64,000 nt of DNA, taken from the NCBI GenBank assembly GCA_965287045.1, contig OZ336876.1:26102001-26166000 (forward strand), written 5' to 3'. Position numbers and translations under genes: made by a program. Shown in pieces: positions 51,525 through 62,539 of the stretch; within the stretch, counting starts at the first letter, position 1, and each line of letters opens with the position of its first letter. The DNA comes from Carcharhinus amblyrhynchos. Lineage: Eukaryota. The notes beneath the pieces were generated by a model. It saw nothing but the letters and a program-made list of their open reading frames with translations. It was not told where the DNA came from and did not search any database.

Positions 51525-52390
51525 GATACACTGGGCGAATGGGCCAGGAAATGGCAAATGGAATTTAATGTTGGCAAGTGTGAGGTGGTCCACTTTGGTA
51601 GGAATAATGGTAGGAAGGACTATTACTTACGTGGCAAAAAACTGTAGCAGGCGACGGTGCAGAGGGACCTTGGGGTCCTTGTGCATGAGTCGCAAAAACC
51701 CAGCTTGCAGGTGCAGCATGTGGTCAGGAAGGCGAATGGGATGCTGGCCTTCATAGCGAGGGGGATTGAATATAAAAGTAGGGAGGTCTTGCTGCGGCTG
51801 TATAGGGCATTGGTGAGGCCGCAGCTGGAGTACTGTGTGCAGTTTTGGGCGCCGCACCTGTGCAAAGATATTTTGGCCTTGGAGGAAGTGCAGAGGAGGT
51901 TTACTAGGCTGATACCGGAGTTGAGGGGGTTGAGCTATGAGGAGAGGCTGAATAAACTAGGCTTGTACTCGTTAGCGTTTAGAAGAATGAGGGGAGATCT
52001 CATTGAGACGTATAAGATGATGAATGGGATGGATAGGATAGAGGTGGAGAGGCTCTTCCCGCTCAAAAAAGACAGTAGGACTAGGGGGCACAGCCTCAAG
52101 ATAAAGGGGGGGCGGTTTAGAACGGAGTTGAGGAGGAACTTCTTCACTCAAAGGGTGGTGAATCTCTGGAATTCTCTGCCCGTTGAAGTGGTGGAGGCTA
52201 CCTCGCTAAATATTTTTAAGACGCGGGTTGATGGGTTTTTGATAAGAGAGGGGATTAAGGGTTATGGGGAGAGGGCGGGAAAGTGGAACTGAGCCACGAC
52301 AGATCAGCCATGATCTTATTGAATGGCGGGGCAGGCTCGAAGGGCTAGATGGCCTACTCCTGCTCCTATTTCTTATGTTCTTATGTTCTT
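51525..52390 (+). mobile_element. Young 5'-truncated CR1-clade LINE (ORF2 C-terminus, 3' UTR, (TTCTTATG)n tail)
   Basis: Frame LGEWARKWQMEFNVGKCEVVHFG...QRDLGVLVH...LYRALVRPQLEYCVQFWAP...RRMRGDLIETYK...FFTQRVVNLWNSLP is typical CR1 ORF2. Only one stop seen (TAG 51645-51647) and CpGs are retained. Confidence 0.95.
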
Positions 52391-53119
52391 ATTGGGCACC
52401 AGGCACTGCCAATGGGGTGGGGCCTACTTGTGCGTGGGGCTATGCCAGGAGCAACTGGTCAGTGGGGGAGGGGCAGCCCACTGCCTACTCTGCTTCAGGG
52501 ATCATGGGGAAAATGATGGGGGTGTGATCCAGGCCAATCATAGTGGAGGGGAGGGGGTCAGTCTGTCGATTGGGGGGTGGTGGACCACTGATCACAAGTG
52601 GGTCGAATCACCAGTTGTGGAGGGGAGGAGAGAGAGGGGGATTGGTCCAGGCGGGTGGGGGAATCACAGAGTCGATTGATCTTGGCAGGTGGAGTGGTCG
52701 TGATAGGCTGTGGGCCCCCATGGTAGCTATGGAGAAGGAGGTGGATGACGGGGTTCTTCTTTCTGAGGCTGACTGACAGCAGCAGAGGCTGAGTGACAAG
52801 TGTCTGCTGCGAGAGACCTGCATATGCGCAGTACTGACATCTGCTTCTCTCAGCCTGTGTTCAAGCAATTTACTCCTACCCCCTCCCCTACAGGCAAGGA
52901 ACTTTTTCTTTACTCTTAAATAGATAAGATCGCAGATATTAACTTGCTCAAAACCGGATGTGAAACTCTCCCATTTTCATCCCATTCCAGACTTAGAATT
53001 TTTTTGGTAAGATCACCCCTTTGGAGGTTAATGTATTATTCTGTGTTCAAAAATACACATGCAGTTGTAGATGTGCTAAGAACTGGTGAACAAGCATTAA
53101 AACATAATAAAAGGCTGAT

Positions 53120-54520
53120 GGGCACAAGAAATCAGAGGAGGAATGGCACCAGGCCCTTCAGACCTGAACAGCCATTCATACAATCATGGCTGATCTATGC
53201 CAGCCTCAACTCCTTTTCTGTGTCATTTCCCCAGAGCCCTCTATACCTCAATCTATCAAATATTTATCTATCTCCACTTTAAATACTTCTAATGATCCAA
53301 CCTCCGCTACCCTTTGGGGCAGAGACTTCCAGAGATTCCCCAACCTCTGCAAGAAGAAATTTTTACGCACCTCAGTTTTAAATGACCAACCCTTTATTTT
53401 GTAGCTATGTCCCCTAGTTCTAGACTCACCCACGAGTGAAAACATCTCACCATTTATCCTGTCAAGTCTCCTTAGGACCTGATATGTTTGAATAAGGTCA
53501 CCCCTCACTCTTCTCAACTTCAAGGAATACATACCCAGACTATTTAATCTCTCTTGATGAGACAACCCTCTCATCCCAGAAATTAGCCTGGTGAATCTCC
53601 TCTGGACTGCCCCAATGTTCTATGCCCTTCTAAGATAAGGGGAGCAAAACTGCACATAGTATTCCAGGTGAAGTCTCATCAACACTCTGTACAATTGCAA
53701 CAAAACCTTTTTTTAAACTCCAACCCCTTTGCAATTAAGGCCAAAAATGCCATTTGCCTTCTTAACTACTTGTTGTACTTGCTTGCTTGCTTTTTGTGAT
53801 TCGTGCACTAGAATACCTAGATCCCTCTGCACTTCACGAACCTGCAGTCTCCCTCCATTTAGATAATAATCTGCCTTTTGATTCCTCCTACAAAGTACAT
53901 GATCTCAAACTTCCCCACACATTCCCCACAAGATGTTAAACTCTATTTGCAAGTTATCGCTCAGTCATCCAATCTACCCTTGCAAAGTCATAATATCCTC
54001 ATCGCAACCTGCCCTGCCACCTATCTTCGCATCATTGTCAAATTTGGAAACTTTACAATCTGTTCCTTCCTCCAAGTCTTGAATGTAAATAGTGAACAGT
54101 TGCAGGACAAGAACTGATCACTGCAGTACTCCATTAGAATTCAAGCAAATTTGTCAAACATGATTTACCTTTCATAAAACCAAGTTGACTAGCTTTGATC
54201 ATATTCATCTTTCCAAAATGAATAGCTATTTCCTCTATGGTTATTGATTCCAACATCTTGCAAAGAATAGATGTTGAACTAATTGATCTATACTTCCCTG
54301 CTTCTGTCATTCTCCCTTTTTGAACAAAGGTGTCACATTGGTTGTTTTATAATCTTCTGGTACCCCCCCTCAATTTAGCAAATTACAAAAAATTTCAACC
54401 AATTAGTCCACTATCTCTGGAGTCAGTTCCATTAAAACTCTAGCCTGCAGTTCATCGGGTCCTGGTGACTTGTCCACCTTTAGCCTCGTGAGTTTTTTTC
54501 ATACTCTGTTCCTTGTGATT
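53120..54520 (-). mobile_element. CR1 fragment (ORF2 3' half and 3' UTR)
   Basis: RGLSHQERLNSLGMYSLKLRRVRGDLIQTY...SRTRGHSYKIKG...FFLQRLGNLWKSLP. Confidence 0.88.
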
Positions 54521-54529
54521 GAGATTTTT

Positions 54530-55150
54530 TTAAAGATGAAGCTGAAAAGCATAGAGGTTTGAGGTATGCTGTGGTTGTATGAAGTTCTGGTTAGGTTGCA
54601 TCTGTATACTGTGTTTCGTTCGATACACTGGATCTCAAAAAGGGGATATTGACCTTGGAGGAGGTGCACCAGAGGATTCACCAGAATTTATAAAGCATGA
54701 TGACAGGTTGCAGGGAAACGGGATTAGATTTCCTTGCATATTGAAAACTAAAGAGAGAGAGAATGAAAGTTTAAAGAGAGATCAAATGAAGGTGCTTGTG
54801 ATGATTGAAGGATTTGATAAGATTGATTGACAGAACTGAATTTTTTTCAGGTGGGGGAGTCCAAAGTCATATTTGAATTATTAAAGAGGGGTTGGTCAGG
54901 CTGATATCAGGAAATACCTTTCCACACAAAGGGGAGTGGAACTCTTCCCCTACACCACCCCAAAAAAAGATTGTTGAGGTCACACCAATTGAAAATTTTA
55001 AAACTGCATTAGAGTTTTGTTATGTGCAGGTGTGAAGGACTAAGGAGCCAAGGTGGTTAAATGCAGCTGAGGCGCAGAGCATCCAGAATCTAATTGAATG
55101 GCAGAGCTGGCCGAAGGGGCTGAATGGTCTCCTACAGTTGCTATGTTCCA
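54530..55150 (+). mobile_element. Decayed CR1 3' fragment
   Basis: GATATTGACCTTGGAGGAGGTGCACCAGAGGATTCACCAGAAT and 3' UTR ATTGAATGGCAGAGC...GGGGCTGAATGGTCT. Confidence 0.72.
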
Positions 55151-56890
55151 ATTGCCAAAAAGTGATCAGGAATAGTTAATATCCCTCATTTCTCCTCAAA
55201 GTGAATTCCTGAATTTAGTTATTCCACCAGGGAAGGGAAAAATGCAAACATTTGAAGCAGAGGATGATGTGTCCAGGACTATGCAAAGACAGCATGGCCA
55301 GCGATTCATTTTCATACTTCTCTAGTGATGAATTACACAAAAAATGACCAGCCATCATTTCTCCTTACTGTAAAATTCTATCATTCAAAGCAAAGAAGCA
55401 TATCCTTCCAGAAAAAGAGAGAAAGATGGATAGCTTGCAGAAATTTGCATGTCCTTGTCCTCATTATTAATGAGGAATGATGTTGGGATTTCGTGAGGGA
55501 TGAAAATATAAGCTCAAGAAGTTGAACAAGAAACTGACATCTTTGCAGACAATGAGAAAAGACAGATACTAAATGTGAAAGATGAAAAGAAGATCTTGTG
55601 GGAAATTTTACTGGAGAGCGTTGCAAAATGGATATGTTATTGCGACATAAACCCAATCACCTTGAAGTTATTTATATCATAGCAGCAGGGTTCTTTAAGG
55701 AGACCCTTACTTTTGAATTTTAGAGAAGTGAATGCGCCGAAATGGCGTAGATCAAGGGAATCCCCAAAACAGTGCATCGTTATTATTGTAGCAGATAGAT
55801 GTACAGAGTGCTGTATCATTATATATACCTTTTATTTTGAATATTAAAACATTTTGCTGTTTTGAGGGCTATGTCTGTGTTCTGTTGTCTAACCGCTGCT
55901 GGAATTAATGCAAAAAGCCGGCAAATATACAAAATCACAGCATGTGATCATTCTTAGCATTTACAGAGTAAAACGAAAAAACATGCGCATGTCAAAACCA
56001 GTTAGACAGGTTGCGTTCTTCTGGCGAGCTTAGACTTGAATGTCTGAAATGAATGCCAGAAGCCATTTATATAAAGAAATACTGCTATAATCTACAAGTG
56101 AAAGATAAAAGTCCATCTGAGTCCCACCTAATTTTAGTTATTCCGTGGTTTACCTGGGATATCTAATGTCTGGAACAATGTATGCGAAAAGTGCAACTGC
56201 TACACAAGCCAACATAGCAGTAATTTCACCACATTTAAAATGTACGTCTGGTTTTACAGATGGATGAAAGCTTGTCTCAATTATTGAGGAAATAAGGCTG
56301 AGGATCAGATTTTATTTACCGTTGTACTACCCAGAAAGGAAAAGGAAGCTTAGAGTACAGTAGTGAGGAATTGAATCAAATTACAGGTGCAAACTGGCTC
56401 ATTCATGCCAACTGGTGGAAAAAAATATTTTTGTTTTGTTTTCAATCTGTAATTAAAAGGAAATTGGGAAGGGGATTCATCGTGGGCCAATTTTGCCAAA
56501 CCTTTGAAGTGGCAACCACGTCATTCTCAAATTAATTGGTAATTGCCGTATAATTGGAAAGCAAAGAGTCACATAGTGTGACTAATTTCCATTGTTTCAG
56601 TTTATTCTCAGCACAAACAAGACAAAGATTTCAAAATACTGTTATCTTGGCATCGGCACCATTATCTTCCAACTTTTTTCTGTGATACACATTTCTAGGT
56701 ATGTAACCTTGTAAACCGACTCAGTAGAAATTTTAACCAAATAAAAAGTAAGAATAGAAGGTGCGTATCAGGCATTGATATTTTTTCAGTGAATGATACA
56801 GATTGCGCTCTTCTGGCTAGAATGTATGAAATAAATGCCAGAAGCTATTCATATAAAGAAATGCTCCTCTAATCGAGAGAAAAGTCACAT

Positions 56891-58107
56891 TTGCTCCAAT
56901 TATGCCACTTTCCAAAATGGTGTGCTTCTAATATGTGCTCCTTTTTCCTCAACCGTAGATTCCTATTTACAGTTGTCAACAAGGGCCTCAGCAGTGTGCA
57001 GTCCATCTCCTGCACCATGACCCTCACCCTCTCCCCTCCCTCCCAGAACAATGATAGAGTCCCCTTTGTTCTCACATTTCAGCCCACCAGCCTCCGCATG
57101 CAAAGCATAATTCTCTGCTATTTTCACCAACTCCAGCATGATGCCACCACCAAACACATGTTCCCTTCACTCCTTCTGTCAGCATTCCGCAGAGACTGTT
57201 CCCTTTGGGATAACCTAGTCCACTCCTCCACTGTACCCAACACCTCTCCCATTACTCATGGCACCTTCCCATTGTCCCATTTCCTCTTCTGTGCTTACCA
57301 TCCAAGGTCCAAAATATTAATTCCAGGTTAAGCAGCATTTCACTTGCATCTGTTTCGAATTGGTGTATTGCATTCGCCACTCCCAATGTGGTCACTTTGC
57401 TGAGCACCATCAGTCTGTGCGCAATCAAGACTCTGACCTTCCGGTTCCTTGCCATTTTAACACACGATTATGCTTCCATGCCCACATGCCTGTCCTTGGC
57501 CTGCTGCAGTGTTCTAGTGAAGCTCAACGTAAACTGGAGGAATAGCATCTCATCTCCCAGCTGGGCACTTTACAGCCTTTCAGTCTCAACATTGAATTCA
57601 ACAACATCAGATGATTTGCTCTACCCCACTTCAACCTCCTTGTTTTCATTCTATTTTATTTAGTATGTTACTGTCCTCTACCTTTTATTTCTTTATTGTC
57701 TTTCTTCATTTTTCTTCCCCCCCCAACTCTTTCCCCCTACTTTATCCCTTTTCTTTTACCTTTTCTCCCCCTTTGCTTCCCCTTTTCTAAATTTTACCTC
57801 TGTCCCATCCATTTCCCCCACCCTCCCCTAACATCTTCATTTGTCACAGCTTACCCTCTCATTTTTGCTTTTCTGCTGTTTGGCCATTCATACCCTTTAT
57901 TCTCTCTGTGAACTGCCATTAGCAGTCTTTTCCGCTGGTTTCTGTGGCTATGACTAATGTTTCATTCCCTCACCCTACAGTATTAATATCTTCCACTTTC
58001 TAGGCCTTTTAGCTTTGATAAAGGGTCATCTGGACTCGAAATGTCAGTTCTTTTCTTCCTTACAGATGCTGCCAGACCTGCTGAGATTTTCCAGCATTTT
58101 CTCTTTT
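56891..58107 (+). mobile_element. 5'-truncated Penelope-like retroelement (RT thumb/linker, decayed GIY-YIG endonuclease, 3' pseudo-LTR)
   Basis: NNDRVPFVLTFQP...LSAFRRDCSLWDNLVHS...FQVKQHFTC...LVYCIRHSQCG (YIG segment deleted) HFAEH...LPVPCHFN...RKLEE...LGTLQP.SLNIEF. 12-bp TSD GAAAAGTCACAT (56879-56890) / GAAAAGAGACAT (58108-58119). Confidence 0.88.
58011..58049 (+). ncRNA. Putative minimal type I hammerhead ribozyme (U3-A8 variant) in the Penelope pseudo-LTR
   Basis: AGCU [UUGAUAA] A GGGUC-AUCUG-GACUC [GAAA] UG UC^ AGUU: stem I AGCU/AGUU, stem II 5 bp, loop-less stem III, predicted cleavage after C58045. Confidence 0.65.
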
Positions 58108-58687
58108 GAAAAGAGACATGTCCGTGTGAATCCCACCTAATTTTAGTTATTCCATGACATCCAAGATAAAAATTGTTTTACCTGGGACTACAAATGGTTC
58201 AGAGTTTGATCACATTGTAACCTTCTCAAACATAAATGCAACGTTTAATATCGAGCATTTATATTAATCCTTCAAAGTAAAAAGCATCATGAGCAAAAAG
58301 ACAAACACAAAACTTTGGATGAAAAAAATTAAGAAATGGATGCCTAAACAAGGTGAGAGAGCTGAAAGGGATAACCAGAATTTTGGTTGAAGACATACAT
58401 TTTCAAAAGAGTTGTCAAGGAATTGAGTGAGCGAAAGATGGCTTTGGCGTTCATTTTGGGATAAAGAGAGAGGTGACACACAAAAGGCAAGAGTTGGAGA
58501 ACCGGAGGGGATAAAAAGTTGGGGATGTTGCAGAATTGAGGCAAGTCAAACCATTGAAGGATTAGGCAGCATGTATGAGGATCTTTTAATTACTTGATCC
58601 AGAACAAGAAGCAGTGCAGAACTGAAAGAATGGAGTTGTACATCAATGAGATAAATGAGACTATGTTTTCTGGATATTGGAACGTTG

Positions 58688-58881
58688 TGATGTGGAGATG
58701 CCGGCGTTGGATTGGGGTAAACACAGTAAGAAGTCTTGCAACACCAGGTTAAAGTCCAACAGTTTATTTGGTAGCAAACGCCACTAGCTTTCGGAGTACT
58801 TGCTGCTCCTTTGTCAGGTGAGTGGGAGGTCTTTCCAAATAAACCTGTTGGACTTTAACCTGGTGTTGTAAGACTTCTTAC
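58688..58881. mobile_element. Penelope-like family B short element with inverted arms and hammerhead-like core
   Basis: Inverse arrangement of 23110-23302. Minus strand CAC-CTGACAA-A-GGAG-CAGCAAGTA-CTCC-GAAA-GC-TA-GTG. Flanking direct repeat TATTGGAAC (58675-58683, 58882-58890). Confidence 0.8.
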
Positions 58882-58914
58882 TATTGGAACATCATCAAGG
58901 AAAAGAATTTTGAT

Positions 58915-58963
58915 AGGGTTCAGTAGAGACAGGTGCAAGTTCGTACTGTCTCTACTGAACCCT
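58915..58963. repeat. Perfect 18-bp inverted repeat with 13-nt loop
   Basis: AGGGTTCAGTAGAGACAG (58915-58932) / CTGTCTCTACTGAACCCT (58946-58963). Confidence 0.92.
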
Positions 58964-59049
58964 CCAACTTGCACTTTCCCAGGATCTGCATAATACTGCA
59001 GAGAGAGGATGCTTCCTAGTCCAAACATGTCCAAGATAACTGAAATTAG

Positions 59050-60127
59050 GGGGAGGGAATTCTCCCAAAAGTGCTGAATTGGAAGGAAAACTGTTCTAAA
59101 TCCTCACTGTTCTGACAGTTCAGCTTCTCACCTGAATTTCTGCATTCTGTGCATTGAAGAGGTCCCAGTCATGAGTATCATTAAAAATCCAGGGGGACGG
59201 GCTATTCACGCCAGAGTTTGACAGTTCTGGAGCTCTGCGCATGCGCAGTGACCCCAAGCTATCAACCTCCTGTTTTCTGGCTTGCTTAATCGCTGACCAG
59301 CGTGGGAACCACTGCAGTGCTGCCTCTCCAGCCTCCCCCACAGTCAGATCGCAGCCCCCCACCCCCACAACAATTCCTGAGCCAGCCCTGACCCACCCTA
59401 TCCTGGAGCGTCCCAATGTTCAGGCTCCACCTCCCAAAGTGGCAATCCCCCAACCATCCCCTCACTCCAGCTGACCCCCTTCCCCATTGAACTCCCCCCA
59501 CAGGATTAGACCCCCCCCCCCCCCCGAGGCCCACCCTAATCACTTCCCTCCCTCCATCCCAGACCAATCCTGTCTGCAGAGTGGCAGCAGGGCACCCCAC
59601 CCCCACCGATCGCCCCTAGGCTCTGCCCACATTGGGCCCCACCCCCTTAGCATTGCCCGATGTGCAGTGCCAAGGTGCTTCCTGGGCATGGACACTTTGC
59701 CCCCTGGGTAGTGCCAGGAGGCACTAGTTGGCACTGCCAGGGTGCACATGATGTGGACTTTAACCTGGTGTTGTGAGACTTTTTAGGGTACTCATGCCCA
59801 GAGGGCATCAGCTGCCCACTTCCCGACTCCCTGGGGGGGGGCCCCGATTCCCCATCTCTTCATTCCAGCGGGGTCTCCCGCTAGTTCCCCGACCTGAAAG
59901 GTCCCGATAATGAACAATATACATGTTTAAAATACATGCAGAAAAGATTTAAATCACTTGCCTACCTGCCGATTTCCAGCGTGGTCTGGCTGGTGACTGT
60001 TCATCAGCTCTGGGAGATACGCATGCGTTCCTGGCGCATGTGCAAATCCCTGTCTAAGGCCGCAGACGTGCGTCTCCAACCACGACCAGCCAGAAAAGTT
60101 GCGGGTTACAATGGGAAAATTGTGGCC
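59050..60127. mobile_element. Harbinger-like non-autonomous element
   Basis: TIRs GGGAATTCTCCCA / TGGGAAAATTGTGGCC flanked by TAG on both sides; C-rich interior with GGCACTGCC motifs. Confidence 0.72.
59751..59784. mobile_element. 34-bp family B micro-insertion
   Basis: ATGTGGACTTTAACCTGGTGTTGTGAGACTT flanked by 12-bp TSD AGGGTGCACATG (59739-59750) / AGGGTACTCATG (59785-59796). Confidence 0.7.
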
Positions 60128-60927
60128 TAGATTACACAGGCGTCTTTAATGGGAAAAATTACATGAATCAGCTCACATGCGTTGGAACACTGTGACTGCA
60201 TAGGAGTTGTGTTTTTATTACATGTGAGAGAAAAGTGTCTGCAGAGGCTTAAAAACTGAATACTTAACATTCTTATTCGACACTTAAAAGGTCCGTTGCT
60301 ATCTCATAGAATCTCTTGCAAGGCATTTTAATAGGTTTGGAAATGCAGGCGCACACAGTGGCACCATTAAAACTAAGAAAAAATGTATATATTACAGATG
60401 TCTTCTTTGTAGCAGCATTGGTAGCTAATCAAACACACTACTACACAAGCTCAATGAAGGAGAAAATCCATTACTCACAAAACCAAACAAAGAAGTATCG
60501 TGGAAGTGATTATATCTGTGTGCATCAGATTTTACAATCAGTGTTTTGCACTTAAAAACTAGCACGTCCTCCCATGGATTCCTTAGTAAATTCTAGTCAA
60601 AATCAAGATGCCTCCTGACTGCACAAATAATAGTTCATCAAAATTCTATTGTACTTAATTTTTACTAAACAAATACTTAGAAGAGGAAATGGGAAACACA
60701 TTTTCATTCCAGCAAAAATACTCTCTGGGTGCTGTTCAGAAGTGTGAAGTTGCACTGGTATGCGCATGGCTCACTGCAGTTGGAACAAAAATAGAGAGTA
60801 CGCAGTAAGACTTGGTTCATTGATAAGTTTTGTGGTGAATCAGGGCGCGATATTATTTCTGGAACATGGAATAGGTCCATTTTGGGCACCTGGTATAAGC
60901 TCTCACATTCCAAGAATAGCAAACCAG

Positions 60928-61559
60928 CGCTGGGATTCTCCCAAAAGATTCTCAGTGCTGAATTCACATAAAAATTGGAGTAAATCCACTTTTTTTTAAC
61001 AGGATTTTCAAATTGAATCTCCTACACTCTGTGTGTCATTGAATGCCCTAGTGTAAATTGCAATTAAAAATCAATGGGCGGGGCCTATTCCCATTGGAGA
61101 GACTGGCAACATAGCGCTGAGCAGGCCACTGCACATGTGCCAATCTGTCAGCGCCAGGATCGGTGCATGCACAGTTGTCCTGCACTGGGCTCCCAATCAC
61201 TGGACAGCTCAATCATTGGCCTCCCAGACATCTCCGGGACAGCCCCAGTTTCTTACCCCCCCAAGCCCACCTTGATCCCCCGCCCTCTTCCACCATCTTC
61301 CACCCCGCAGGCCGAACCCCCCACCTCTTCGATGGCCAGCCCTAGTCAGCCCCTTCGCTTAACACTGATCCCAATGCAGAGTTTCAGTAGGACCCACCAC
61401 CCCCACTGATCCCCCCATAGTCCCTACCACCCAATAGGTCCCAGGAGACATAACTGGAGGTCATGGCGCCCAGCAGGGAACCTGCTAAACAGCCTCCGCT
61501 TATGTCTCCCAGACTGCTATGCTGCCAAAGTAATTCCACAGGCTGGGAGAATCACACCC
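60928..61559. mobile_element. Harbinger-like non-autonomous element
   Basis: 16-bp TIRs CGCTGGGATTCTCCCA / TGGGAGAATCACACCC with 3-bp TSD CAG (60925-60927, 61560-61562). Confidence 0.78.
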
Positions 61560-62539
61560 CAGTTGTCATTACTCTGAACCAACAGAACTACACTTATCGT
61601 TCCCCCCTCAGTTAGTTGTTTTCCTGGAGGCTTTAGCCCTTGACTTCCTGCCTTGAGCTGCCATACCACATAACCTAACCATCGTTTGCCCAACTGCCTT
61701 CTCATGACAAATTGGAGAGCAAGTGGACTCTTCATCACTCAGTTGAGTGGTTCTTGACTGTCAGTCAAATGGCCTGCTATGCTTATCTCAAATTTTAATA
61801 ACTAGCAATCAGAAATGTATAAGAAAAATCACAACTTTATTTAATTCTCTCTTGCTTATTCTTGATAACCTCAAGCTTTTTTTTGAGAGCTGATAACCCT
61901 AACCATCTCACCCCATCACCTTTTTCTGATGAAAACAGCTTTGCAGCAGTTTCTGATCTCTTATGAGCAGAATATCGCTTATTCTCTCAGTGTTTGAATT
62001 GGCATAGTCTAGAGGAATTTGTAACTTGCAACAAATATGATTGATTGCTATGGGAGAATGTATGGGATATCCAGCACCTTCTGGTCAACAACAAGGGGGA
62101 AGATTGAGAAAGAAGAACCAGAAGCAAGATGTGGAAAAACCTTTTGTACACCATGAGGAGCTCAGATTTGTAATGCATGGTTTGGTGTGTTGAAATATGT
62201 TAAATAGTAATTCTGAGAAGGAAATTAAAGTTAAAGAACTTGAAAAAGCAAAACTGAACAATAAGGGGCAACAGCAGGGGAATCAAAATAACTGAATTAT
62301 TATTCAAAAGAACCAGTATGATTAGATGTTGCAAAGAGCTGCCTCCTCTGGTGCACTATTATATGATTTTTCTATTGTCTTGACTATCAGAACAATATAA
62401 GTTCACTTCTTGAATGTTCTGAATTTTATTTGTTGATAAAGATTAATGCTGAAACTGAAAGACAAAGTTATTATGCCCAACAGTATACCTATATAAGTGA
62501 ACTGCAGTTGACCTGCAAGGAGTTTATCTCACCCTAGTA

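Larger units (their letters stand above)
50737..53020. mobile_element. Harbinger-like element hosting two nested insertions (family B hairpin; DDX43-CR1 chimera)
   Basis: TIRs GGTGATCTTA / TAAGATCACC; G-rich interior with GGCACTGCC motifs resumes at 52395 after the CR1. Confidence 0.72.

Noticed and set aside
51657-52292. 211-aa ORF as a host gene
   Set aside because: It is the C-terminus of CR1 ORF2 in a 5'-truncated copy.
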